DNA of 32,428 nt from Candidatus Brocadiales bacterium (GCA_035283825.1 DATETB010000217.1:1-32428), one strand, 5' to 3'. Counted from the first letter of the stretch, positions 23,054 through 31,367 are shown. A program made the numbers and translations. The notes: generated by a model from the sequence alone, not told the origin.

Positions 23054-23815
23054 ATGAGGCTGGCAGACAAAATAGCCCTCGTTACGGGGGGTGGAACAGG
23101 GATAGGCAGGGCCATAGCCAGGGTCTTTTTGGAAGAAGGGGCAAGGGTAGCAATCACCGGCAGACGAAAAGAACCACTGGAGGAAACCCTATCTAAACTG
23201 GACCCGGCAGGTAAAAAGGCCATCTCCATCCAGGGAGACGTCTCCCTGGCCAAGGATGCAAAAAGGATGGTGGCGGAGACGGTCAAGACCTTTGGGGGGC
23301 TAAATATACTGGTCAATAATGCAGGCGTGGTGTATAAGGACGGTGGTACTATGGAGTGCCAGGAGGAAGGATGGGATGTAACCCTTAATATTAATGCCAA
23401 GGGCATATATCTGATGAGTAAGTTTTCGGTGCCAGAGTTAGTGAAGACGGGGGGGAACATTGTGAATATAGCCTCTACCCTGGGGCTTGTGGGCTCCAGG
23501 TGGGCCATAGCTTATGGCGCCTCGAAAGGGGCGGTGGTCAGTCTGACCAGGGGTATGGCCCTGGATTTGGCGCCAAAAAAGGTCAGGGTGAATTGTATCT
23601 GCCCGGGGGCAGTAGATACCCCCATGTATCAAAGCTGGATAAGGAAGTACGGAGACCCTAAAGAGGTAGAAAAGAAGATGCTAGAGGACTACCCCCTCTC
23701 CTGGGTGGGTAGGCCGGAGGACGTTGCCTACGCCGCCCTTTACCTGGCCTCCGACCAGGCCAATTGGGTAACAGGAGTTGCCCTCCCTGTGGACGGAGGA
23801 TTCACGGCGAGATAA
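23054..23815 (+). CDS. SDR-family oxidoreductase
   Basis: ATG 23054 follows AGGAGG at 23043-23048; the track start 22994 would read through the hairpin. TGGGTGIGRAIA and YGASK motifs. Confidence 0.9.
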   Translation: MRLADKIALVTGGGTGIGRAIARVFLEEGARVAITGRRKEPLEETLSKLDPAGKKAISIQGDVSLAKDAKRMVAETVKTFGGLNILVNNAGVVYKDGGTMECQEEGWDVTLNINAKGIYLMSKFSVPELVKTGGNIVNIASTLGLVGSRWAIAYGASKGAVVSLTRGMALDLAPKKVRVNCICPGAVDTPMYQSWIRKYGDPKEVEKKMLEDYPLSWVGRPEDVAYAALYLASDQANWVTGVALPVDGGFTAR

Positions 23816-23816
23816 A

Positions 23817-23844
23817 GTAGGGGCGAACGGCCGTTCGCCCCTAC
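23817..23844. repeat. REP-like hairpin GTAGGGGCGAACGGCCGTTCGCCCCTAC
   Basis: Perfect 28-nt palindrome starting 2 nt after the TAA stop. Likely terminator or mRNA stabiliser. Confidence 0.9.
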
Positions 23845-23873
23845 AATACAATATACCATAGACTAAAAAATCC

Positions 23874-23908
23874 AAAGTCCATAGTCTAAAGTCCTTAGTC
23901 CAAATTCT
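23874..23908. repeat. heptamer array AAAGTCC ATAGTCT AAAGTCC TTAGTCC AAATTCT
   Basis: Five tandem 7-mers ending 6 nt before the ribE ATG. Confidence 0.8.
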
Positions 23909-23914
23909 AAAGAA

Positions 23915-24616
23915 ATGTTTACAGGCATAATAGAACACGTGGGCAGGGTCAAGGAACTGAGGCGGGCAGGGGAGGGTGGTCTGCTCGTCCTGGAGTTGGG
24001 AGCTATGACTAAAGAGGTCAAGCCGGGGGAGAGCATATCTGTGGAAGGGGTATGCCTCACGGTAACGGGGCTAAAAGGGGAACAGGCCAGTTTTGACGTC
24101 TCTCAGGAGACGCTCAAGCGTTCCACCCTCGGAGAGCTAAGGGTTGGACAGGGGGTGAACCTTGAGAGGTCCCTCAAGGTGGGAGAACGCATGGGGGGAC
24201 ACTTTGTACAGGGACACGTGGACGGTACCGGTACCATCCAGAAAAAGGAGGAACACCCAGGACAGTGCACCATGTGGTTCACCGTATCAAAGGAACTGGC
24301 GGAGAACATGATTGAGAAGGGCTCTGTGGCAGTGGATGGGATAAGCCTTACTGTGGTAGGAGTGAAGGCAGACGGTTTCTCAGTAGCACTAATCCCCTTC
24401 ACCCTCACCAATACTACGCTGGGTCTTAAAAGGGGGGGAGACAGGGTCAATATTGAGACGGACATACTGGGCAAGTGGGTAAAGAGACTCCTTATGGAGT
24501 CCAGTCTGCCTAAGGCGGATGTCGCTGGTTTAAATCCATTGACGCAGTCAATGGACTCCAAATCTACACAGGGCGGAATTACGATGGAATTCCTGAAGGA
24601 AAAGGGGTTTGAATAA
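23915..24616 (+). CDS. ribE: riboflavin synthase (alpha chain) with an extended C-terminal tail
   Basis: MFTGIIEHVGRV start, duplicated lumazine-binding halves, and GDRVNIETD. The ~35-aa tail after KWVKRLL includes LPKAD, encoded by a CCTAAGGCGGA half-repeat. Confidence 0.9.
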   Translation: MFTGIIEHVGRVKELRRAGEGGLLVLELGAMTKEVKPGESISVEGVCLTVTGLKGEQASFDVSQETLKRSTLGELRVGQGVNLERSLKVGERMGGHFVQGHVDGTGTIQKKEEHPGQCTMWFTVSKELAENMIEKGSVAVDGISLTVVGVKADGFSVALIPFTLTNTTLGLKRGGDRVNIETDILGKWVKRLLMESSLPKADVAGLNPLTQSMDSKSTQGGITMEFLKEKGFE

Positions 24617-24630
24617 CAGGTACACTTGAA

Positions 24631-25059
24631 GTGGCAGAGACAGTTTCGATAGAAAGGCTTAAAGAATACTTTAGCAAGAGGCAGGACGTGGCCTTCGCCT
24701 TCCTATTCGGTTCGCAGGCCAGGGGCGTGGCAACTAAACTGTCGGACGTTGACATTGCCGTATATTTTTATCCGAAAAGGAGATATCCACTGGAATACGA
24801 GAAAGATGTCTTCTACCCCTCTGAGGATGAGATACATACAGACCTTGAGCGGCTACTAAAGAGGGAAGTAGAGTTACTAATTTTAAACAGGGTATCTTCA
24901 ACAATCACCGCAAGTGCTATAAGGGGTATACCCCTGGTGATAAGTGATTGGGGGCTATACCTTGATTTCATGCTGGTCGTAACAAGAGTAGCAGAAGACT
25001 TCATGGACCTTGTGATAAACGATTATAAAGAGAAGACCTCCATTGAAAAGAGAAGTTAA
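24631..25059 (+). CDS. mntA: MntA-type nucleotidyltransferase antitoxin
   Basis: GTG start. FLFGSQARG...SDVDIAVYF is the GSx10-11DxD minimal nucleotidyltransferase motif. Confidence 0.8.
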   Translation: MAETVSIERLKEYFSKRQDVAFAFLFGSQARGVATKLSDVDIAVYFYPKRRYPLEYEKDVFYPSEDEIHTDLERLLKREVELLILNRVSSTITASAIRGIPLVISDWGLYLDFMLVVTRVAEDFMDLVINDYKEKTSIEKRS

Positions 25060-25486
25060 ATTTAGGCTCATAAAACATATAACTTTTCTGGAAAAGGAGC
25101 TGGAGGATTATAAAATCTTCCAAAACCTTTCATGGAAAGAGTATTCCGAGGAAAGAAGCAAACGAAGGGATGTAGAAAGATGGATTGAAAACATCATAAA
25201 CTCGTCCATAGATATTGCCAGGATAATCTTAACCTCGGAGGGGAAAACACCACTTGCAGATACATATAAAGATATTGTTCGTTCCCTTCTTGTCGTGCCA
25301 GGTTTTGATGAAGCACTTATGAATAATCTTTCCGAATGGACACCGCTAAGGAATGTCATTTCCCATGAATATTTGGATATTAGATGGTCTTCAATAAAAA
25401 AGTTTATAAGTGAAACCGAACCCCTATATAAGAACTTTCTTGGGCAGGTCAAGAAGTACCTAGAGAGGCAATTACTAGCCGAGTAG
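25043..25486 (+). CDS. hepT: HepT-type HEPN (DUF86) toxin
   Basis: RNVISHEYLDIRW contains R-x4-H-x-Y. Overlaps mntA by 17 nt. Confidence 0.8.
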   Translation: MKREVKFRLIKHITFLEKELEDYKIFQNLSWKEYSEERSKRRDVERWIENIINSSIDIARIILTSEGKTPLADTYKDIVRSLLVVPGFDEALMNNLSEWTPLRNVISHEYLDIRWSSIKKFISETEPLYKNFLGQVKKYLERQLLAE

Positions 25487-25492
25487 TGGAGT

Positions 25493-26449
25493 ATGAGTAA
25501 GGTCATCGGTATAACCATGGGAGACCCCTGCGGGGTGGGACCTGAGGTGGCGCTTAAGGCTATATCTCTACTGCCTCCGGGTTACGAGCCTTTGGTGATA
25601 GGTTCTAGTGAGGTACTGCAACGTACCGCCGAGGGATTGGGCCTGAAACCTGACTGGAAAGAGAGGGTGAAGGTCTTAGACCTGGCTAATTTTGACCCCG
25701 GGAAGACGAGCCTGAGAGAGCCTAACCCCGAGGCAGGGAGGGCCTCTCTTGAGTACGTCCTCAAGGGGATAGAACTTGCCCTGAAGGGGGAGATAGGCGC
25801 CCTGGTCACGGGACCCATAAGTAAGGAGGCCCTGCACCTTGCAGGCTATCCGTACCCCGGGCATACAGAGATTTTAAAGGAAAAGACGGGCGCCCCCAGA
25901 GTAACCATGATGATGGTGGTGGGAGACTTCAGGGTGTCCTTCGTAACTATCCACGTCCCCCTCAAAGAGGTACCAAGACTCCTTTCCCCTGAGAGGGTCA
26001 TGGCAACCATAAAGCTGACCCACAAGGGATTAAAGGAATGGTTTCACATAGAAAGACCCAGGATAGGCGTATGTGCCCTTAACCCACATGCCGGGGAGGG
26101 GGGCTGTTTCGGCTCAGAGGAGGGGGAGGTTATACTGCCTGCCATCAGGGCAGCCCAGGAGGCAGGTATTAACTGTAGCGGGCCTATCCCTGCAGACGTG
26201 GCCTGTCATAAGGCCCATGAGGGAGAGCTGGAGGTGGTGGTGGCCCTTTACCACGACCAGGGGACTATTGCCATAAAGCTCCTGGGGTTCTTTAGTGGTG
26301 TCAACCTTACCCTGGGCCTCCCCATCGTACGGACCTCCCCCACCCACGGCACTGCCTTTGACATCGCAGGGAAGGGCCTTGCCCAACCGGGTTCCATGCT
26401 GGAGGCCATCAAGCTGGCGGCCCGCCTTAGAACAGGGGTTAGGGATTAG
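25493..26449 (+). CDS. pdxA: 4-hydroxythreonine-4-phosphate dehydrogenase
   Basis: 318 aa with GITMGDPCGVGPEV, ALNPHAGEGG and LYHDQGTIAIK motifs. Confidence 0.9.
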   Translation: MSKVIGITMGDPCGVGPEVALKAISLLPPGYEPLVIGSSEVLQRTAEGLGLKPDWKERVKVLDLANFDPGKTSLREPNPEAGRASLEYVLKGIELALKGEIGALVTGPISKEALHLAGYPYPGHTEILKEKTGAPRVTMMMVVGDFRVSFVTIHVPLKEVPRLLSPERVMATIKLTHKGLKEWFHIERPRIGVCALNPHAGEGGCFGSEEGEVILPAIRAAQEAGINCSGPIPADVACHKAHEGELEVVVALYHDQGTIAIKLLGFFSGVNLTLGLPIVRTSPTHGTAFDIAGKGLAQPGSMLEAIKLAARLRTGVRD

Positions 26450-26457
26450 GGGATAGG
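26435..26457. repeat. heptamer array GGGGTTA GGGATTA GGGGATA
   Basis: Overlaps the last pdxA codons and its stop. It is the inverse partner of the CCCTNNN array at 26486-26516. Confidence 0.75.
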
Positions 26458-26462
26458 TATAA

Positions 26463-26485
26463 CGCAGGCTAAAGCCTGCGGCTAC
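26463..26485 (-). repeat. GTAGCCGCAGGCTTTAGCCTGCG hairpin element, copy 3 (inverted)
   Basis: CGCAGGCTAAAGCCTGCGGCTAC is the reverse complement of copies 1 and 2. Confidence 0.85.
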
Positions 26486-26516
26486 CCCTGGCCCCTGGCC
26501 CCTAGTCCCTGGACCC
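26486..26516. repeat. heptamer array CCCTGGC CCCTGGC CCCTAGT CCCTGGA CCC
   Basis: Four tandem CCCTNNN units. Confidence 0.8.
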
Positions 26517-26521
26517 GAGGT

Positions 26522-26578
26522 GTAGGGACAGACCTTTAGGTCTGTCCAATATGGACAGGTTTGAAAACCTGTCCCTAC
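26522..26578. repeat. double REP-like unit GTAGGGACAGACCTTTAGGTCTGTCC ... GGACAGGTTTGAAAACCTGTCCCTAC
   Basis: Two hairpins at 26526-26547 and 26553-26574, bounded by GTAGGGAC/GTCCCTAC. The left unit recurs inside moaA. Confidence 0.85.
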
Positions 26579-26589
26579 ATTTACCAAAT

Positions 26590-27534
26590 ATGGTTACTAT
26601 CACCTTTCCAGGCACATCTTCGGCCCTGAAGGCCCTCCTGAAGGAGAGGGGGCTTAGACCCAGAAAGCACCTGGGGCAAAACTTCCTGGTTGACCAGAAC
26701 CTCCTCAGGGTGATAGTTGAAAAGGCGGCCGTGGGGGACAGGGATATTATACTGGAGGTGGGCAGTGGGACAGGTCTCCTTACGAGACACCTTGCCGAGA
26801 GGGCCCACAGGGTGCTTGCCGTGGAGATAGACCCCCGACTGTACGGCCTGACCATGGAACTCCTCCAGGGTTATGCGAACGTACACTTCTTAAATAAGGA
26901 CGTGCTTAAGACAAAGACCACTATTGACCCAGAAATAGAGGCAGTAATCCTCCACTGGCTCAAAGAGGAAGTAGGGGTTGAACATGTTCAACCCCTACGA
27001 CTAAAGGTGGTGTCAAACCTCCCTTACTCTATAAGTACACCCTTTATAATAGCTATCCTTACAGGGGGATTGCCCGTAGAATGCATGGTGCTCACCCTGC
27101 AGAGGGATATTGTGGACAGGCTCCTGGCCCGCCCTGGTACCAAGGAATACGGGGTGCTATCCGTGATAGCACAGTTATTTTCGGACGTGGAACTCCTGAG
27201 GCAGTTGCCCCCCGATGTATTCTGGCCGGTGCCACAGGTGGAGTCCGCCATAGTAAGGATGACAGTCAGGAGGGAAAGGGCACTTGAACGGATTCCGGAC
27301 CTTCCGCTATTCAACCGCTTAGTGAGGTGCGTCTTTCAGAGCCGTAGAAAGACCTTAATAAACAGTCTCCTCAAGCTGGGCCTGCCTTCCCTGAGCAAGG
27401 AGGCTGTGATGGACGTCCTTAAGGGGCTGGGACTTGAGCCCCGTATAAGAGGGGAGGCGCTGGACCCGGAGGGCTTCACTGCCCTTTTAAGGGAGATTCA
27501 TCTCCTCACAGGCAGCAGTACCGCCAAACGTTAA
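26590..27534 (+). CDS. rsmA: 16S rRNA (adenine1518/1519-N6)-dimethyltransferase
   Basis: LGQNFLVD, EVGSGTGLLT and SNLPYSISTP motifs. I prefer ATG 26590, since the track start 26551 lies inside the REP hairpin. pdxA-rsmA adjacency is a conserved arrangement. Confidence 0.9.
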   Translation: MVTITFPGTSSALKALLKERGLRPRKHLGQNFLVDQNLLRVIVEKAAVGDRDIILEVGSGTGLLTRHLAERAHRVLAVEIDPRLYGLTMELLQGYANVHFLNKDVLKTKTTIDPEIEAVILHWLKEEVGVEHVQPLRLKVVSNLPYSISTPFIIAILTGGLPVECMVLTLQRDIVDRLLARPGTKEYGVLSVIAQLFSDVELLRQLPPDVFWPVPQVESAIVRMTVRRERALERIPDLPLFNRLVRCVFQSRRKTLINSLLKLGLPSLSKEAVMDVLKGLGLEPRIRGEALDPEGFTALLREIHLLTGSSTAKR

Positions 27535-27544
27535 GGAGGGAAAG

Positions 27545-28036
27545 ATGTTAGAAGTTAAAGAGGCAGACCTACCAGCAATAGGTAAGAAATTCACAATAGA
27601 AACGGCGGCAGAGGAAACCATAGTGGTAATTATACGCCTTACCGGAGAAAGGGAGGTATACCGCTTTCTCAAAGGCAAGGAAGAACCAGAGTCTGTAACC
27701 AACCTCGCCGAGGAAGAGGCCAGGACTATCGGGAACATCCTGGCAGGGGCATACTTTGAGCCTGTACACGAGAAGGCGGTGGAATTGGTAATGAAGCAAC
27801 TCTCCATGGAGTGGATAAAGGTGGAGGAGGATTCCCCCCTGGCTAACAAGACCATCGGCGAGGTGGGCATCAGGAAGAAGACGGGGGTATCGGTTATCTC
27901 CATACTCAGAGACGCCAAATACATACCCAATCCCCTCCCGAGTGAGGCGATGCACGTGGGTGACACCCTTGTTGTATTGGGCAGTAGTGAGCAGATGAAA
28001 AAATTCCTGAGTTTTATTGGTAAGTCCAGAGAATAA
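27545..28036 (+). CDS. cation:proton antiporter regulatory subunit with a TrkA-C/RCK_C domain (KhtT-like)
   Basis: 163 aa. N-terminal MLEVKEADLPAIGKKFTIET is typical of KhtT/YhaT-like proteins. C-terminal KTIGEVGIRKKTGVSVISILRD is the RCK_C domain. GGAGGG SD. Confidence 0.8.
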   Translation: MLEVKEADLPAIGKKFTIETAAEETIVVIIRLTGEREVYRFLKGKEEPESVTNLAEEEARTIGNILAGAYFEPVHEKAVELVMKQLSMEWIKVEEDSPLANKTIGEVGIRKKTGVSVISILRDAKYIPNPLPSEAMHVGDTLVVLGSSEQMKKFLSFIGKSRE

Positions 28037-28082
28037 TAAGCCCATTTTTCCCCAGTAGCAGGGCGACGGGAAACCGAATCCA

Positions 28083-29246
28083 ATGGAAGTCTCCACAACA
28101 CTATTTGAGATGGGCCTTACATGCCTGGTGCTCTTCCTGAGCGGGCTACTGGCCAAGAAGGTAAAGCTCTCCCTCATCCCCCTCTATATCCTTGCCGGGC
28201 TGGCCATATCCAGGTTTGTCAAGCCCACCATCATAATGGAATTCATGTCCACAGTGGGACTAATCCTCCTCCTCTTCCTTATCGGCCTTGAGTTTACGCT
28301 GGAGAGCTTCCTCAAGAACCGGAAGAAAATCCTGGCAGGGGGGCTATACGACCTTGCCCTGAACTTTCCGGTGGGTCTGGTGATTGGCCTCCTACTGGGT
28401 TTTGACTGGCTCTGTTCCCTCTTCCTGGCAGGGATAATCTACGTGAGCAGTTCGGCCATTATCTGTAAGGGTGTGGTGGAACTAAAACGCTCTGCCAACC
28501 CTGAGACGGAGTGCCTCCTGGGGATACTCGTGTTTGAAGACCTCTTTATTGTCCTCTACCTGGCCATCCTATCAAGTATGATTGCAAACGGCGGGACGGA
28601 GCTATTCCCTGTAGGATTAGCCGTGTTCAAGGCAGTAGGGTTCTGTGCCGCCCTGATAATTATCGCAAAGGTCTTCAAAAAATATATAGAGATGGCACTG
28701 GACATAGAATCCACCGAACTCTTTGCCCTGTTGATATTTGCCATCGTAATACTAACTGCCACAAGCGCCGAGGCCATGGGCCTCTCTATAGCCATCGGGG
28801 CCTTCCTGGCGGGGCTAGTTATCTCTGAGACCAGCCAGAAAGCCAGGGCCCTGGAGGTAGTTGCCCCCTTACAGTATCTAACCGTGGCCATCTTTTTTGT
28901 GTCCTTCGGATTAACCTCACAACTCACAAACCTTAAAGAGGTATACCCCGTGGCCATTCTCCTGGTGGTGGCCTCCGTACCCTTGAAGCTCCTAACTGGT
29001 TTCTTTGCGGGAAAGGGCTATGGTCTAAGCCGCCGGGCCCAGTGGAGGCTAGGGCTGAGCCTCCTGCCGCGAGGCGAATTCTCCGTCGTCCTGGCCACCG
29101 TAGCCATGGGCGTTACGGCGGTACACCCCCCTGTAAACGCCGTCACCACCCTTTATGTCCTTATAATTGCCGTCCTGGGCTCCGTCGCTATGAAGTATGC
29201 TGATACCTTTGCTAAGTGGGTGGAAGGGAAAAAGACAATGGTGTAG
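28083..29246 (+). CDS. CPA2-family cation:proton antiporter (KhtU/Kef-like membrane subunit)
   Basis: 387 aa, about 12 predicted TM segments, Na+/H+ exchanger-like GLEF and AGL...SETS motifs. Confidence 0.85.
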   Translation: MEVSTTLFEMGLTCLVLFLSGLLAKKVKLSLIPLYILAGLAISRFVKPTIIMEFMSTVGLILLLFLIGLEFTLESFLKNRKKILAGGLYDLALNFPVGLVIGLLLGFDWLCSLFLAGIIYVSSSAIICKGVVELKRSANPETECLLGILVFEDLFIVLYLAILSSMIANGGTELFPVGLAVFKAVGFCAALIIIAKVFKKYIEMALDIESTELFALLIFAIVILTATSAEAMGLSIAIGAFLAGLVISETSQKARALEVVAPLQYLTVAIFFVSFGLTSQLTNLKEVYPVAILLVVASVPLKLLTGFFAGKGYGLSRRAQWRLGLSLLPRGEFSVVLATVAMGVTAVHPPVNAVTTLYVLIIAVLGSVAMKYADTFAKWVEGKKTMV

Positions 29247-29249
29247 AAT

Positions 29250-29648
29250 ATGGACCAAAAGATGAGAACCGAGGTCAAGAACTGGTTAGATTCTGCTCAA
29301 TATGATTTAGATACTGCCGAACACATGTTCACTACTGGCAGGTATATCTACACGGTCTTCATGTGCCATCTCGCCCTGGAGAAGGCGCTTAAGGCAAAGG
29401 TTGAAGAAATAACTGGTAAAACACCACCCAAAACCCACGACTTAGGGTATCTTGTGGGAATTGCCGGGTTATTGCCCGATAAAGACATAGAAGAGTTCCT
29501 GGTAGAAACTAGTAATCTCAGTATTGTTACAAGATATCCAGGAGACTTCCAAAGGATGCTCAGGGATTTTTCATTAGAAAAGACTGAATCTATTTTGATA
29601 AAGACAAGAGAGGCTTTTCAATGGATAAAGAAATCCATAGTATTATAA
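29250..29648 (+). CDS. HEPN domain protein (toxin-type component)
   Basis: AQYDLDTAEHMFTTGRYIYTVFMCHLALEKALKA...THDLGYL follows the classic HEPN (PF05168-like) pattern. Confidence 0.8.
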   Translation: MDQKMRTEVKNWLDSAQYDLDTAEHMFTTGRYIYTVFMCHLALEKALKAKVEEITGKTPPKTHDLGYLVGIAGLLPDKDIEEFLVETSNLSIVTRYPGDFQRMLRDFSLEKTESILIKTREAFQWIKKSIVL

Positions 29649-29941
29649 CTGAATATAGGAGAAAACTTGAGACCTCGGGGATAAAGGTTAAAAAGATTAT
29701 CCTTTATGGCTCCTATGCCTCTGGGGGGGCCAGGGAAGATAGTGATATAGACTTGGTGGTGGTCTCCAATGACTTTAAAGAGGTGGACTTGTGGGAGAGG
29801 TTATGTCTCCTGGGACGTGCCCGAATAGGGATAACGAGACCTATGGAAATACTGGGCTTCACTGAGGAAGAGTTTGAGGCAGAACGTAGTGGTACTTTTG
29901 TCGGGGATGAGGTAAAGCCTGGAGGGGTAGAGGTACTCTGA
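29621..29941 (+). CDS. minimal nucleotidyltransferase (MNT), partner of the HEPN protein
   Basis: LYGSYASGGAREDSDIDLVVV motif. Overlaps the HEPN gene by 28 nt. Confidence 0.8.
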   Translation: MDKEIHSIITEYRRKLETSGIKVKKIILYGSYASGGAREDSDIDLVVVSNDFKEVDLWERLCLLGRARIGITRPMEILGFTEEEFEAERSGTFVGDEVKPGGVEVL

Positions 29942-30086
29942 GCGAAAACAAGTTAACTAACAAGTAGGTTTAATTAGAGACGAAAATTTGTTATATACTT
30001 TTAAGTAAGATGGCTCACACCAGGAATGGGCGGAGAAGAAGTAGTAGTCATCGTTAATTAGGGTTTATAACTGGGAGGAAAATTTT

Positions 30087-30275
30087 ATGAACATCTCAAA
30101 ATCAAAATTAGAAACTCTCTTGAAAGAACTTCCCGAAAAAGTTGATATTGAGGAAGTTATGTACCGTCTTTATCTCCTTCAGAAAATAGAGGCTGGTGAG
30201 GCAGATATTAGGGAGGGACGAGTACTTTCACATAAAGTAGCAATGAAAAGGTTATCAAAGAAATGGCGGAACTAA
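30087..30275 (+). CDS. small antitoxin paired with a ParE/RelE-family toxin
   Basis: 62 aa with a GGGAGG SD. The C-terminal ...EAGEADIREGRVLSHKVAMKRLSKKW pattern is common in addiction-module antitoxins. Overlaps the toxin start. Confidence 0.6.
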   Translation: MNISKSKLETLLKELPEKVDIEEVMYRLYLLQKIEAGEADIREGRVLSHKVAMKRLSKKWRN

Positions 30276-30568
30276 TATGGAGTGAAGAAGCCATCTCAGA
30301 CCTGGAGAGTATTTATGACTACATTGCGTGTGGTTCCCCTCTATATGCTAAATATCAAGTAGAAAGTATCTATAACTCTACTGAACGATTATGTCAGTTC
30401 CCTGAATCAGGCCGACGTCTTCCCGAATTTCCACGTCTTCCTTATAGAGAAGTGATTGTTGGTAACTAGCGTGTAATTTACCACTACGACTCAAACAGTA
30501 ATGAAGTAAAGGTAGTGTCTGTCGTACATGGAAGTCGTATATTGAAAAAGAACCGATGGAAGTTATAG
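30263..30568 (+). pseudogene. ParE/RelE-family toxin with an in-frame TAG at 30467-30469
   Basis: The track ORF ends ...REVIVGN. Reading through the TAG in the same frame gives RVIYHYDSNSNEVKVVSVVHGSRILKK. The family consensus is VGNYR.IY......V.V..V.HG.R, so TAG occupies the conserved Tyr codon, a one-base change from TAT/TAC. Confidence 0.7.
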
Positions 30569-30575
30569 TTTTGCT

Positions 30576-31367
30576 ATGGAAATCTTTCCCTTACTCCTAT
30601 CCACCATCCTCCTCCGCCCCTATGTATTTATTTTCCTGGGCCTGCACCTGTTGGCGGGGGGGTTACAACTCGGACTCAAGAGGATAACCGTCTTCACCCT
30701 CCTGGCCTATCTTATTGCGTTTATCTCCGAGTATAGTTCCACCCGTAACGGGATACCCTACGGCCCTTACATCTATACAGGGGAGACCCACGGGAAGGAG
30801 CTATACATCTCCAACGTCCCCTTCATGGACTCACTTTCGTACTCCTTCCTGGCCTATTTCAGCTATTCCCTGGCACTGTTACTAATGTCTACCATAACAC
30901 GGAAGGGATGGAGATGTGAACTGATAGCCCCCCCCTGGCACTCCAGGGGCGTCCTCCTCCTCTCCGCTGCGTTAACCATGCTCCAGGACGTGGTGGTAGA
31001 CCCTGTGGCCCTCAGGGGTTCTCAGTGGTTCCTCGGACAGATATTCTACTACCCGGATGGGGGGGTATACTTTGGGGTGCCGCTGTCCAATTTCTTTGGA
31101 TGGTTCGTGGTGGGGCTGGCAATCATATACTGCTTTCAAAGACTGGACAAGAAGATGGGATGGGCGATGCCCTGGGCCGAAAATGCCCTCATGGGACCGG
31201 CCTGCTACTTCGTCAATATGCTCTTTATTTTATCCGTAACCTTCTATATTGGGGAATATCTACTGGGACTGGTGAGCCTTGTTATTTTTGCCTCTATTTT
31301 CTATCTCACACTACAAAAGGTCCGCAGCCCGAATGGGCGGACACACAGGTCCGCCCCTACCCCCTAA
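30576..31367 (+). CDS. polytopic membrane protein of the 'carotenoid biosynthesis protein' family (PF04240-like)
   Basis: 263 aa, about 7 TM segments. Motifs NGIPYGPYIYT, PFMDSLSYSFLAYFSY and DPVALRG fit my memory of the family. The last ~11 codons are encoded by a REP-like hairpin. Confidence 0.5.
   Translation: MEIFPLLLSTILLRPYVFIFLGLHLLAGGLQLGLKRITVFTLLAYLIAFISEYSSTRNGIPYGPYIYTGETHGKELYISNVPFMDSLSYSFLAYFSYSLALLLMSTITRKGWRCELIAPPWHSRGVLLLSAALTMLQDVVVDPVALRGSQWFLGQIFYYPDGGVYFGVPLSNFFGWFVVGLAIIYCFQRLDKKMGWAMPWAENALMGPACYFVNMLFILSVTFYIGEYLLGLVSLVIFASIFYLTLQKVRSPNGRTHRSAPTP
31335..31360. repeat. REP-like hairpin, GTAG head on the minus strand (GTAGGGGCGGAC-CTGTGT-GTCCGCCC)
   Basis: 8-bp stem GGGCGGAC/GTCCGCCC. 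Lies inside the 3' end of the 30576 CDS. Confidence 0.75.

Noticed and set aside
26435-26457. Telomere-like GGGTTAGGGATTAGGGG
   Set aside because: It is internal to a bacterial gene string and overlaps the pdxA stop. It belongs to the NNNAGGG/CCCTNNN heptamer family seen elsewhere, so the resemblance to TTAGGG is coincidental.
27487-28177. 204-aa and 202-aa minus-strand ORFs opposite khtT and the start of the CPA2 gene
   Set aside because: They are antisense to two recognisable genes with a good SD and conserved pairing. Their products have no recognisable motifs.
7989-30469. TAG reassignment or readthrough code suggested by two in-frame TAGs (7989-7991 and 30467-30469)
   Set aside because: TAG ends several well-conserved genes at their canonical C-termini: thiolase at 522-524, the OMP after its terminal Phe at 3667-3669, WbqC, the methyltransferase, and hepT. 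Two independent nonsense mutations, or errors, are more parsimonious.
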